Below, piece by piece: positions 36,929 through 50,644 of a stretch of DNA of 64,000 nucleotides. The translations under genes and the position numbers were made by a program. This DNA comes from Hypanus sabinus (lineage: Eukaryota), in the NCBI RefSeq assembly GCF_030144855.1, contig NC_082730.1, positions 2,604,001 through 2,668,000 of the forward strand, read 5' to 3'. Under the pieces are notes generated by a model. The model was not told the origin of the DNA. It was given only the letters and a program-made list of their open reading frames with translations, and did no database searches. How positions within the stretch are numbered: position 1 is the stretch's first letter; each line of letters begins with the position of its first letter.

Positions 36929-39900
36929 GCTGTACACTAAATGGCTTTATACACAAATACACTAAAACCATACTCAACAACAGGTCGCAGGTCACATTAC
37001 TGTATGGTTCATTTTACAACCAGTATCTGAAGCATTTACCCTTGAGACCATTTAGTTCATTGGAGATTTGGGGTCTCAGTGTTGGTGATTATCCCTATGA
37101 TGGTTATTTGGCAGTGAAACCGGAGTTTTTGAATGGAGTGACTGAGGTTCTTGATACATTGGTGCTGATTTGTCCGGACCCTGTTGAGTTGGGCAACGTT
37201 TCAATTCCGCTGGGGACCACCACCTTTCTTGTGAGGAGTCTCATGGGGGTCTGTGAGGAGAAGGCTGGCGAGAGCTGTTTGGGGACATTGTCTCTGCACC
37301 CGGGGTATCGGGCAGCTTTTGAGAAAGTGCGTGGCAGCATTGGGCAAGATACTGAATTTAAACGAGGGACTGTGTGGTTCACCCAGTCGAAGCCTAGGGT
37401 GGTACAACCCGAGGAAGCAGTGAGGGTGATGGGGACATCCAGATTTCCCAGAGTGCCTGAGGGCGAAGCTCTCTTAGCAGACGCTCCGGAAGACCATGAG
37501 AGGGAGTCGGGATTTCCTGCTGGTGTAGTGGTGAGGCTCGAACTGCAGAAGCCCTCGGTTGATCAGGCGAACAGGATGGCAATGATCATCAGGTACACTA
37601 CAAAGAGGGTGGTCACCTTCAAGTGGGGGGATGCCCCTGGCGCATTTGTTTCCAGTGACGGTAATGTCTAGTAACCCTGTGAGGTGCGCCAGAGAGAAAC
37701 TATTGGAAAAGTGGGAAAAGTTGGCAGCTGAGTCATTGAACTTCGAGGACTCCCCTGTGCCACTGTGTTGGAAAGGGAGGCTGGTAGAGAAGATGTTGAA
37801 GCTGGAAGGTGTCTTCCATTTGCGAGTTTGATGTGTGTTGTTCCAAGAGCACTTGTCACATCATCTGGGTGACCGTGGACACCCCGTTCAGAGAGAGGTT
37901 GTGGCGACTGGCCCCTGCAGATGTGGAAGACGTGCAGCAGCATTTTGTGTAAGTTAAAGGAAACTGCGATCATCACTGAGTCCTGAAGCCCCTATGTGTC
38001 CTCAATAGTAGTGGCCCAGAAGAAGAATGGGAAGGCATGCTTGTGTGTGGACTATAGGACTCTGAAAACATGCACCGTCCCTGACCAATATGCATTCTCG
38101 AGGGTCGAGGGCGCGTTGGCCTGTCTGAGTTGTGCGAAGGGGTTTAATATGCTGGATTTAAGCAGTGGATATTACCAGATCCCAATAAGTGAGGCCGACA
38201 AAGAGAATACGGCATTTACATGTCTCCTGGGATTCTTCCAGTTCGAAAGGATGCCCCAGGGCATATTGGGAGCCACTGTGATATTCCAGAGGGTCATGGA
38301 GAAGACGATGGGGGATATGAACTTGCTTAAGGTGTTGGTGTATTTGGATGACCTCATAGTATTTGGATTCACCTTGGAAGAACTTGAAGTGAGGCTGCTG
38401 AAGGTGCTCGGCTGCTTGAAAGCTGAAGGGTTAAAACTTTCCCTGGACAACCTCCAGTTTTGCAAAACATCTGTTAGCTATGTTGGACACCTAATATCAT
38501 GAATTGGAGTAGCTACAGACCCGGCTAAGATAGAAGCGGTGACCACTTGACTAAGGCCCCAGACTGTGAGCGCTCTGCATTCGTTCCTTGGGTTCTGTGG
38601 TTATTATCAGAGATTTGTGAAGGGCTTTGTCAAAGTGACTCATCCCTTGTATCAGCTTCTGTGTGGTTACCCTCCTTTGGGGAAGAAAGGGAGGAGGAAA
38701 AGGACAGGAGGGTGGAAAATATCCAAACCCACTGGAGCCCTTTGGACAGAGGTGGGATGTAAAATGTGAGGAGGCTTTTCAGTCACTGAAGGAGTTGCTG
38801 ACCCAGGTGCTGGTGCCGGTGCTGGCTTTTGCGGACCCCCGAATACCATATGTACTGTGCACAGATGCCAGCCGAGACGGTTTAGGGGGCATCCTGTATC
38901 AGGATGAGAGCACTGGGTTGAGCCCTGTGGCGTTTGTCAGCCAGAGTTTGTTGCCCTCCGAGAGAAACTATCCCATGCACAAATTGGAATTCCTGGCGTT
39001 GAAATGGGCAGTGGTGGATAAGCTGAGTGACTACCTCTACGGGGCCAAGTTTGAGGTGAGCATGGGCAACAACCCGCTAACTTATATTCTGACATCGGTG
39101 AAACTGGATGCCATGGGCCATTGATGATTGGCAGCGTTGCCTGCCTATGATTTCAGCCTGAAGTACCAGCTGGGGAGCTAGAACGTTGATGCAGATGCTT
39201 TGTCCCGACAGGTGCATGAGGGACTAGACACGGACGAGGAGTGGGAGGGTGTTCCTGCCCCTGAGGTGAAGGCCATGTATCAGTTTGCCATTGCCATGAA
39301 GGCCGAGTGTAATGAGAGGCCGGATCGAGCAGTGGATCAATTGGGGGCTTCTGATGATGTTATGTCCCAAGTTTACGGTAACCTGGCTGCTCTGAAGACG
39401 AATCAGCTGCCAGAATTGAGTTCTGGGCAGGTGGCAGCTGCTCAGCGAGATCGGTACTATTTGGGCAGCAGTAGAAAAGGAAGACATGGCTCAGGCAGAG
39501 AAGACGAAACACCCTTTGGTGCCTCAATACTGAAAGAATGGCCTCGGTTGGAGTTGTAGAACTGGTTCTGATACCGGGTCACATCAGCCCCTGACCGACC
39601 TCGGCGTTGCCAGCTGGTTCTGCTTGAGAAGTATTGGAGGACTTTATTGAAGTCACTTCATGATGATTCTGGACATCTGGGGGTGGAAAAGATTTATGGA
39701 TTGCTCAGAGACCGGTTTTACTGGCCCTGAATGAAGTCAGAGCTTGAAAAATACTGCAAGTTGTGCATTCACTGCACTCGGCGAAAGACACGGCCTATGT
39801 CAGCCCCTCCTTTGTACCACTTGCAGAGTGCAGGGCCCCTGGACCTGGTGTGTATGGATTTCCTGTCCATAGAACCCGATACCAGCAACACGGTGAATGT

Positions 39901-40941
39901 CTTAGTCATCACGAACCACTGCACCAGATATGCTCAGGCTTTTCCTACCAAGGACCAGAGGGTGTCTACAGTGGCAAAAGTGTTAAGGGAGAAGTACTCC
40001 ATTCATTGTGGCTTTCCCAGGTGGATCCATTGTGATCAGGGACGAGATTTCAAGAGCACACTCATCCATGAGTTACTGGGCATGTTCGGAGTTGAGAAGT
40101 TGAGGACTATGCCCTATGAGTTATGATCAGAAAGTGAGGTTCTCCCAACTCCTGCTGGAAGACCGAATCCTCATTTGGGGACACCTGGAAAGCACAAGTT
40201 GGCTGACCACCGGGCGGCCACACCCTATGTGGTGGAGAGACAAATGTCGAACCCACCAGTTTTCTGGGTGAAGCCAGAGGAGGGGAATGGGCCTGTCAAG
40301 ATTCTTCATCGGAACCACATGTTGCCCTTGGGACTAGAGATGCAGGTAGACCCAGAGCTCAACTTGGAGCCTACACCTAGTAAGAGGACTCTGTGAAAAC
40401 ATGGGGTGACTGCAGGGCCCAGAGCGGGAAAGGCTGGGCCGGGCCCCACCCATGAGAGGGAAACTGATTCAGAGGAGGATGATCTGGATGTGTGGTACAT
40501 GCTTCCTTTCTCTAACTCCCCCTTGATTGAGGAAGAGACTCCTGGACCTTCTCCCACTGCATCCAATGAAGTGGCAGGGGAGGGGGGTTACAGCAGGACC
40601 CCAAAAGAGAGGAAGCGGGGCCTGGACACGGGACAGAGGGCTCCAAGTTGTAGGGGGGGCCTGCGTGATAGACTGAGGGAGGATTCTCCAAGCAGACCCG
40701 AAGTATCCCCAATAGCGTCTGAGCCTGAAGAGTTTGGTGAGGAGGTACGGAGGTCTCAGAGAATTAGGAGACCACTAGTTAGGTTGGCCTATGTAGCACC
40801 TGGAGAACAGGGCGTGATCTTTACTGTTTTGAGGAGCAATGTCACTGCCTTTTGTACCTGGATTGGGCTTTGTGTTTTGCAGGAAGGTCTGGCAAATTAT
40901 CTCAACGTCATGAGGACATGACTAAATTTGGTGGGGTAAGT

Positions 40942-41469
40942 TGTAAGTTTTCACTGCTAATGTCATAGCTTCTTTGTAATGTTCACTGCTGAGGTAATGG
41001 TTTCTCTGTAGCAGCAATGTTTGGGTTATGGCTGGAGATAACAGGATACATGCTAGCCAGGAAAGAGATTGTTGCTGTGTCTTGTGAGTGTGGAAAGATT
41101 TGTTTTGCGGTCTTTTGTCGAGCAGAGATGAAGAGGGAAGACGTGTGTGGAGAGATCTGGTAGACCACTAGACGGTGTGGACTGGGATCTGAGAGTCCGA
41201 AGGTTGGCGACACACAGAGGAGACCGATGGAAGAAGAAGAAGGACTACTGAGTGAGCTCCAACGTGACTTTGACTTGACTTGGGCCCTTTTTTTTATTTT
41301 CAATATTAACCCTATGTTCATATTAAGGTTCATAAAGTTCAATCATTTAATTGCATATTTTGTGTTGTGGGCTTGTAAATGGGGGTACATTACATAGCAT
41401 CCACACAAATGTGATTACCCAGTTTGGCAGGGCCAAAGGCTGTTTCCCTAGACAAACACGAACTGGGCA
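40942..41469 (+). repeat. 3' LTR of the PNMA-gag Gypsy element (runs into gap)
   Basis: Follows G-rich PPT TTGGTGGGG; colinear with the 5' LTR. Confidence 0.9.
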
Positions 41470-41601
41470 NNNNNNNNNNNNNNNNNNNNNNNNNNNNNNN
41501 NNNNNNNNNNNNNNNNNNNNNNNNNNNNNNNNNNNNNNNNNNNNNNNNNNNNNNNNNNNNNNNNNNNNNNNNNNNNNNNNNNNNNNNNNNNNNNNNNNNN
41601 N
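41470..41601. other. Assembly gap (132 N)
   Basis: Run of N. Confidence 1.
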
Positions 41602-41799
41602 ATTGCATTGAACTGCTAGTGCTAAGTTAACAAATTTCATGACACATGCCAGTGAAAATAAACCTGATTCTGATTTTGTTTCTGAATATTGAAAGAATTG
41701 AATAGATGGATGTGGAGAGGATGTTTCATATGGGGGCGGGTGTCTTTGAACACAGGGCACAGACTCAAAACACAATGATGTACCTTTGAAACATAAATT

Positions 41800-42000
41800 C
41801 TCCTTCTTTTTCCCCTTCACCCATTGCCCTCTGTTCTCTCTTGGCAGATACCTTCCTCTCCAGCTCTTTTCCTTTGTCTGATGAAGGGTCTCGGCCCGAA
41901 ACTTAGACTATTTACTCTTTTCCCTAGATGCTGCCTGGCCTGATGGGTTCCTCCAGCATTTTGTGAGCGTTGCTCAGATTTCCAGCATCTGCAGATTTTC
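41800..42000 (+). mobile_element. Penelope-derived fragment with degenerate hammerhead core
   Basis: CTGATGAAGGGTCTCGGCCCGAAAC at 41878-41902, followed by the family 3' end GATGCTGCCTGGCC...TTCCAGCATCTGCAGATTT. Confidence 0.7.
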
Positions 42001-42347
42001 TCATCTTTACCTTTCCCCACACACATGACTTCACACCCCATCTTCGAGCTAGTTCTCCTTCCCCTCCCCCCATAGAAAGCTAGAACCAAAGATACTATGT
42101 TCATTAAAAGTTAACAAATAGGTGATAATTCAAACATAAACTCAGAAAGAAAGCTAAAACCACATGGAAAAGGACAATTAAAAAACAAAATTTGTAGAAG
42201 TTAATCCAACAACGTCACTGTAAAGAATCAGTTGTCAGGGTCAGCCGAGAGGATCAGTGCCACGGTCGACCTCTACAAAGGGACAGTGCGGACGAGTTTC
42301 ATTCTGTTTATGACCTGTACACTGGGTGTGGGTGAAGGGACAATGTA

Positions 42348-45300
42348 TTTTTTATTTTATTTTCACTTTTTTTTATTGATTTTCCAGTGAAAAAAAATAT
42401 ACAAATCAGAGGAGAATTTTTGGCAAACACATAATACAAAAGACGTATAATCAGCAAAAAAAGTATATATTGTCAAAATCAGATAAGTATAATGTTACAC
42501 TGTTCTATATATAATACAAACTCCTCTTAACAAATCATAAAAAAAGATTGGAAATTTTATTATATAAAAAGAAAAAAAAACAGTAAACTAAACTAAAACA
42601 AAAAAAAAGAAAAGAAACTTTGGGCAGTTCGAGGATAAAATTAGAAGAAAGAAGAAGAAAGGAAACATCCTTCCAGTCACCTCTGAACCTTCGTGGATAA
42701 GGAGAAATTTTCCCTACAGAAAATAAAGAAAAATAGATAAATAAAAAATAAATTAAATCATATTAAAATATTTAATAAAGGGTCACCAGTCTTGCTCAAA
42801 ATTAAAAGATGTGTCAAATGCCTGGCTTCTAATTTTCTCCAGACTTAAACATGACATAATGGAGGAGAGCCAGTTAAAAACACTAGGCAGATCAGAATCT
42901 TTCCAGTATAGCAAGATAGCACTCCTAGCCAGTAAAGTTGAAAAGGCATGTTGAGCAGAAGCAGAAACTCTACCTGTTTCCTCTGGAATAATCCTAAAAA
43001 TTGCCGTGAGTGAATTGGGTTTTACATCCACACCTATAATTTTGGATAATATTCTAAACACATCCCTCCAAAAAGCCAAATTTGATGAGTAGACCAAGGG
43101 ATAATTTGGTAGAAAATCAGGTAAAAAAATCCTAACCTGTATCTAAAAATATGTGCACTAGAGATATCATATTTATCCATTAACTGCAAAAAAGACATTA
43201 AACAATCCCGTAAAAACAAATCTAAAAAAGTTTTTATTCCCTTAGTTTTCCATGTTAAAAAAGCCTTATCCAGAATTGATGGCTTAAAAAAAATAGAATA
43301 AATGTTACTGGCAAGCAAAAAGTTATTCAATTAAAAAATCTATGAAACTGAAACCAAATTTTTAAAGTATGTTTAACAATAGGATTGAGAGCTTGTCTAC
43401 CTATTCTGGAGAATGAAAATGGAAGGGGAGCTCCTAATAAAGAAGCTAAAGAAAACACCATTAATGAATTCTCCTCCAAATGTAACCATGAAGGGCGATC
43501 CTGGTTATCTATATCATGAATCCAAAAAGTAATATAATGAATATTAATTGCCCAATAATAAAATGTGAAGTTTGGTAAAACTAGACCTCCATCTTTTTTT
43601 TGATTTTTGCAATAAAGGTTTATTCGCTCTAGAGCTTTTGTTATTCCAAATGTATGACACAATCATAGAATCTATTTTATCAAAAAATATTTTTCGAGCA
43701 AAAGAAGGAACTGCTTGAAATGTATGTAAAAATTTCTGTAAAATAACCATTTGTAAAGTATTTATTCGACCAATCAATGACATAGACATAGGCGACCATT
43801 TTGAAAGTGTTTTTTGAGTATATTCAATTCGAGGGGACAAATTATACTTATATAGGTATTTAAAATTTTTAGTAATTTTAATACCAAGGTAAGTGAAATG
43901 GTTTTTAGCAATATTAAGTATTTGATCATAATAATCAGAATAATTATTAATAGGAAATAATTCACTTTTATGTAAGTTAAGATTATATCCAGAGAAAATA
44001 CCAAATTCCGTAAATATAAATAGCATAAAAAGAATAGATTTCCTAGGGTTTGAAATGTAAACTAATAAATCATCCGCATATAATGAAACCTTGCATAATT
44101 TATCCCCTCTCTTAATACCCTGCACATAATTGGAATCCCTGAGTGATAGCAAGTGGTTCTAAAACCAAATTAAATAATAAAGGACTAAGAGGACAACACT
44201 GACAGGTTCCTCTACATAATTTAAAATAAGGAGGCTTCTGGTTATTAGCTATAACCACAGACCCAGGGCATGATAAATCAATTTAATACGGGAAATAAAT
44301 CCTGGACCAGAATTAAACCTCTTCAAAACCTGAAACAAATAAGGCCACTCCACCCTATCAAAAGCTTTCTCTGCATCCACAGATACAATAGAATTTGGAT
44401 TCTGTGACTGAGGGGGAATAAATGATATTTAACAATCTTCGAATATTAAAATGTGAATACCTATTTTTAATAAATCCTGTTTGATCATTTGAGATAACAT
44501 TAGGCAAAATATTCTCAAATCTATTAGCTAGAATCTTAGAGAGAATTTTAAAATCTACATTCAATAAAGAGATAGGTCTATAGGATGCACATTCCAGTGG
44601 GTCTTTTCCTTTTTTAGGAATCAATGATATTAATGCCTCATAAGATGTTTTTGGAAGGGTCCCAGAGGATATAGAATTGGTAAATGTTTGACGAAGAGGT
44701 GGTTTAAGCATTTCATGAAAAGTCTTGTAAAATTCTACCATATAACCATCAGGTCCCAGAGCTTTCCCTAATTGCATAGAGAATATAGCCTTGGTTATCT
44801 CTTCTTGTTTGATAGGGGCATCTAATATATCAACATCTTGAGTCGAAATTTGAGGTACATTTAACTTTTGCAAAAATCTGTTCATAATAATAATATTATC
44901 AGAGAATTTAGATTTATAAAGATTAGAATAGAAATCCATAAATATCTTATTAATTTCATAAGGATCTAAGGTTTCAATTCTATCTGGTCTATGAATTTTT
45001 GAAATCTGTCTCTGACCATCCCATCCTTTAACTGACCCGCCAAAAGTTTAGCAGATTTTTTCCCATGTATATAAAATAATTTTTTAGTTTAACAATTTGC
45101 TGTTAATTGGGAAAGGTCAGAAGCAAATCATACTGTGATTGAAGTTTGACCCTTTCTTTATATAGGTCTTCAGCAGGTTTAACTGAATACACTTTATCTA
45201 TCTCTCTAATTTTATTAATAAGCACTGACAATTCCACTTTTGTTTTCTTTCTCAAAGCTGCTGAATATGAAATTATCTGTCCCCTAAGAAAAGATTTCAA

Positions 45301-47937
45301 CATGTCCCATATAACCAGGTTTGACATTCCTTCAGTTGTATTAGATTCAAAAAACATAGGGATTTGTTCCTTAATAAAACTAACAAAAGCTGGATCCTGT
45401 AACGATAAGGGGTTCAATCTCTGCCGTGACATTTTCAAAAAGCTATCCGAAAACTTCAGGGTTAACTTTAAAGGTGCGTGATCTGACAACGCAATGATGT
45501 CATACACACACTCAACGATGGAGTTTAGCAAACGTGTATCTAAAAAAAAGTCATCAATTCGAGAATACTTATGATGAGCGTGTGAGAAAAAAGAGAAATC
45601 TTTGTCGTTGGGGTGTTTATATCTCCAGATATCGACCAGGCCATATTCTAGTAAAAAATTAATACACACCACTGCTTTATTGGGAAGCGACGGATTGGTT
45701 GATGACCTGTCAATCGCTAGATTCAGATAACAATTAAAGTCACTGCCCATGATCAACTTATATTCATTCAAATTCAGTAGCTGAAATAAAAGTTTCTTAG
45801 ACAAATCAGAATTATCTACATTAGGTGCATATACACACACCAGAGCTACCTTTTGCTCACTTAATAAACCAGTAACAATTAAGTGTCTTCCAATTGAATC
45901 AATAATAGTATTAAAGTGTACAAAAGGGATTTTGGGGCTAAGAAAAATAGATACACTACTTACTTTATTAGTTGACAACGAATGATACAAAGATCCTTTC
46001 TAAAATTTGAAAAATCTGTCCTCATCCTGTTACTGTATATGATTTTCTTTTGCAAAAATAATATCTGTGTTGTGTTTTTAATTTCTTAAAAATCTTTTTA
46101 CGCTTAATGGGGTGATTCACACCATTCCAATTCCAAGATATTATATTAACTTTATTAACATCCATGTTTAAAATTTGATTTAATATTTTATAAAAGAACT
46201 ATTTCGCAAGCACAGATTGAACCAAAAGGCACAGGTACAACTAGAAGGAGTGATGTATTTGCAAGAAAAAAATCCATCAAAAGAACTGCCCAAACTAGAA
46301 AACAAACTATTCTAATAGCCTCCCCGACTTCCCAAAAAGAAAGAAAGACAGTAACCAATAGGCTGCCCAAATGCTAAACTAATAACCCCTGACCCTATTT
46401 TCCATTTTGCAGCTACATATATTAATTTAAAGTAAAAATCCCACCCAAGATAGCCATAATAAAAGGAACAAACAAAATTCAACTTCTACAATGTTATGTC
46501 TAACAGTAATAAAAACATAAACGGCCACGGCCATCTTAAAATCAGCTAAAGCATCAATAACATATTCAAAGAAAAATAAATCTGAGAAAATAATATTACA
46601 AAGTTCTTTCTCTCAAAAAAGAAAAAAAGAATAAATGGGTGTATATATATATAGCAAAACTAAAACTATATTAGTATTGAGACAAACAAAAGATGTAAAA
46701 AGATTAATACACAACAGGTCCTGTACAGACCATTACAGGATAATACTGTAAGAGTTCCCTACAAAACAATTATGTATATACTAATTATTAATAAGTAAAA
46801 AAAAAGTTTAATCAGCCACGTCCCATACCAGAGACTAAAAAAGTATAGAATAAACTTAATTCAGGAGACCCATAAACATCTCATACATCAGAACACGTCA
46901 GAATTACCTATTGAGTAATCGGCTTAACTTTAAGAATTTTTATGTACTCCATCCCCCCTGGGGAGAGTAGATTCTCAGTGACTGAGAACATTTAGGAAAA
47001 ATTATCAGCTGTGCTGGATAGCGAAGGGAGGGGTATAAATTGAATTTATACATTTCACTCATGACTTCTCGGTATTTCCTTCTTTCGGCAAAGATCTCAG
47101 GGGGATAATCTTCATTTATACGAATCTCTGTCGATTTAAGGATTATCTTTCATTTTTTTCTGGCTTTTCGAAGTATGGCTTCTTTGGTTGGATAGTAATG
47201 CAGACAAAGTACAATTGGTCGAGGATGTAATTCAGATGAACGCTGAGAAAATGGACTCTATCAACTATAGGGCTAGCTTCCAGGGTCTCACTAAAAAAGT
47301 GCCAATAACATATCTGAGAAGAACTTTAACAGATCGCCAGCTTCAGCATTTTCAGGCAGTTCTAGGATACGCAAATTTCTTCGATGCCCTCTGCTATCTA
47401 AATCAACCATTTTTTTTCTTCGTTTTAGATGGTTCTGAGGTAATTTCATTATTTTCTTTTCCATTGAAGATTTCTTCATTCCTTGATCTTTAATAGTTTG
47501 CCTGAATAGATCATGTTTGTTCTCAATTCAATTAATAAGCGTCTGAAGTTGAAAGGCCAAATTTTTCAGAGAATCTTGAACAATAGAGATACATTTTTCA
47601 AGCTTCCCACTGGAGTCCATCAGCTTATCAATCTTAGTGTTAATCCATCCAAATTCTGACTTCATGTCTTGTATTAAAGAAAATATTCCTGCTAAAGTAA
47701 AAGGTTCCTCCACTTTCTTGATTTGTTCAGTTTGCTCCATTTCAGGAAAAGTCTTGCTGCTTCTCAGTTCAATACCAGAACAACTTCTTTCGGCCATTGT
47801 AATTAAATCATAAATCCTTCAGTAGAAGTAATAAATCATCAAACTTAAAAGAAGTCTGTCAGTGGGATATAAAGTATTTAAAAAAGTGGAGCCGCTGAAG
47901 ATGCGGCTTACTCCATGCGCTACAAAATGGCGAATCT
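42348..47937 (-). mobile_element. Full-length L1-clade LINE (decayed), antisense to the host gene
   Basis: ORF1 ~47797-46900 (DLDSRGHRRNLRILELPE); ORF2 from ATG 46165 (NIISWN, CVYAPN, SRIDDF, LSDHAP; KALGPDG, YRPISLLNVDFKILSKILANR, SLYADD). A-rich tail at 42348; 11 bp TSD GGGACA(A/G)TGTA at 42337-42347 and 47938-47948. Confidence 0.9.
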
Positions 47938-48197
47938 GGGACAGTGTAGATGGTGGTTTCCTGTATTTCCTCATTGTGTTCACACCCTCAAGCACCACAG
48001 CCACCTTTTCTGAAGACTGGATCCAATTTGCCATTCCTTCCTCAGGGCAGGGTGTAGAGAGTGTTCCCCCAGTGGGCTCACTGTGTGATGTAGGAACTGT
48101 GTGCCAGGTCTCTCTCAGGGTTGGGAGCCAGATGATGGGCCGCATGGTCTGCTCTTGTAACTGTGATCCTGCTGACTGTCTCCTCTTCTCTCCTCAG

Positions 48198-48518
48198 CTG
48201 GGACTGGGGCTTCCCCTACAACTGTGAATGGAGCTCAGGGAGGCTGGGTCTCCCTACCTGCTAAGATCCCGGCTGGACCAGACATTGCTGAGGTTGTGTG
48301 GAGACTGTTATCACCCAGAAAGAAGCTAGTGACATATTCAAACAAGAACATTGAGTATTACGGACCTGAGGAATACAAGCGACGGATAACTTTTCATCCC
48401 GGGGACTTCAGCCTGGAAATCCGTGATCTACAGAAACAGGACGCTGGTGATTATGAGCTGACCGTTACAGCACGTTCAGGAGAACAGACTCAGAGAGCAA
48501 AGCGACTGCAGGTTGATG
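48198..48518 (+). CDS. Ig V-type domain exon 1 without Cys (includes end of signal peptide)
   Basis: AG/GT sites, 321 bp, phase 1/1, open: (A)GTGASPTTVNGAQGGWVSLPAKIPAGPDIAEVVWR...RRITFHPGDFSLEIRDLQKQDAGDYELTV...RLQVD. W of the C strand and LxIxxLxxxDxGxY are present; B- and F-strand Cys are absent. Confidence 0.85.
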
Positions 48519-49511
48519 GTGAGTGAGACCTTGCAGAGGGGCCCGGGTTTCATCAGTTCCTGAAACACCCCCAATTAATGGGTGAGAGCAGATCCTGCAA
48601 GTTCCCTGTTTACTGAACCCCACAGACTGCCCATGTCCACATCTGGGCTCACGGTCCCAATGTAGTGTGGCTGATTCAGTGTGAGGCTGGAGGACACACT
48701 CACCACATCCTGCAGGCTGGACCAGAGGCTGTGAAGCATTGAACTGTCAATGGAGAACCTCGTGTGTCCGAGGCTGGAGGAGATTGGCAGATGGGGAAGG
48801 GGGCAATGGGAGATGGGCCGAAGGAGTGGGAGGGACTGGTGGATGGCTGAACAGTCTATACCTGTGGGTCAGTTACACAGAGCCTTCTGTATCCCCAGTT
48901 CAAAGCCCGAGTCTGTTATATTCAAGAATCCTTGTTGTCTTGTCTATTTCCCAGGAGGTCAGCAAGGTGTTTATTCCTCAGTCTTCATGCTGTGCTGTTC
49001 TGAATGAGACCCTGTGTATTCATTACACTGAATATAGTGTCCCAGTGAGTGACACAGTACACGGACACAACGGCACACTCACACACAGCAATATGGTTCC
49101 TGACTCACTCTAACAGTAATATAACATTCACAATAATCTCACTCAGCAATGTCTGGCTGAGAAATCCCATCCACCCCAGGTTTAACAAGTTCCCATTGGA
49201 GGGAGGAGAACGTCGGAACGTGGGGAATGGAACATCATGGAACAGATCCTCAGCTCATGATGTGCTGCCAAACTCATTGCTAATGGAACCCAGTTAAGCT
49301 AATCCCTTCTGACTGTTCATGCTCCATATGCCTTTATTCTCGACACATTCAGGTGCTCCTCAAAAATCTCTCTGGCCTTTGCCTCTACCACCACCCCTGG
49401 CAGCCCATTTCAGTCACCCACCACTCTCTGTGTAAAGAAAATCTTGTCCCGCATATCTCCTTTGAATTTACCCGTCACTGTAAATGCACCATCTCTGGTA
49501 TTAGACACATT

Positions 49512-49804
49512 TTACTTGATTTTCTTTTATTTAATGAGATACAGCAGGAAATAAACCCTTCCGGGTCTTTGAGCTGTGCTGCCCAGCTATCCTCCAATTT
49601 AACTCCAGCCTAATCACAGGACAATTTATAATGATCAACTAACCTACCAATTGGAATGTCTCTGGACTGTGGGAGGAAGCCAGAGCACGCAGAGGAATCC
49701 CACGTGATCACAGGGAGACCAGACAAACTCATTACGGGCCGTGGGAATTCAATCTGGTTCACTGGCACTGTAAAGCATTGTGCTAACAACTACACCATCG
49801 TGCC
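49512..49804 (-). mobile_element. tRNA-derived V-SINE (HE1-like) within an old CR1 3' fragment
   Basis: Minus strand shows an A/B-box-like head, the V-domain TCTCCC(C/T)GTG...GTGGGATTCCTC...CTCCCACAGTCCA and an A-rich tail. Confidence 0.7.
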
Positions 49805-50644
49805 ACTTCCTGGGAAAAATACTGTCTGTCTGCTTCATCTGTGTCCTTATAAATGTCATAAGTTTGTATCACCTTCGACACTCAAAGCAAACAACCCAAA
49901 TTTGTCCAACCATTTCTTGCCATACATACCCTGTAATCCAGTCACCCTGATGGTAAATGTCTGTTCCCTCTTCTAAGCCTCCACCTTCTTCCTTTAACGG
50001 GGTGATTACCGTACTCCAGATGCTGCCTAGTCAGAGTTTTTAAAGATATAACATAACTTCCTGAGTTTTGAACTCAGTGTCTCAATGATGAGGGCAAGCA
50101 TGCAAAGTCCCTTCTTTACCACCCAATCAACATGCAGCCACACTTCCACACCCATGTCTGCATCTGATCCACGTCCAATTTCATCTATTGGCACTCGTCT
50201 GCACCATCCACAACTCCAGCAATTTTTATCTCATATACAAATATGCTAATCCTCCCATCTGTATTTCTGTCCAAGGATCAGTTTGAGGGCTTTTGCCCCC
50301 TGAAGCCTACTCCCAACTCATTGAAACCAGGGTTGGTCTGACCTCAATCTCAGCTCCACCTTCCTGCCTGTTCCCACCTTCTCCATGACACCCCTCCAGA
50401 TCAAAACTCTATCTCAGCCTTGAATACACTGATTCAGCCTCCACAGCTCTCTGGGGGAGAAAATTCCATAGATTACTGAACCTTGGAGATGTTCATCTCC
50501 ATCTGAAATTATGGTCCCTTATTCAGAAACTTTACCTTTTTTCGAGATCCCACAGGAGGGGGAAACACCCTCCCTACACTCACCTCTCTGATTCCTGTTC
50601 CAATCACTGAGTCACCTGCTGACTGCCTCCTCTTGTCTCCTCAG

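Larger units (their letters stand above)
31614..41469 (+). mobile_element. Ty3/Gypsy LTR retrotransposon with PNMA-type gag (PR-RT-RNaseH-IN), decayed, with nested CR1
   Basis: Paired LTRs; PBS-Pro-like TGGGGGCTACGTCCTGGAT (32182-32200); gag RIFSGITPSPEGEEEYE...EWRCSDDEK*QRLIESLKG; protease split by CR1; RT (YLDD); RNase H (TDASRDGLG, KLEFLALKWAV); integrase (HHCC, LVCMDF, IHCDQGRDF). Confidence 0.9.

Noticed and set aside
49740-49804. tRNA gene-like A/B boxes (also ~51730-51790 and ~54670-54733)
   Set aside because: These are degenerate heads of V-SINEs, not cloverleaf-forming tRNA genes.
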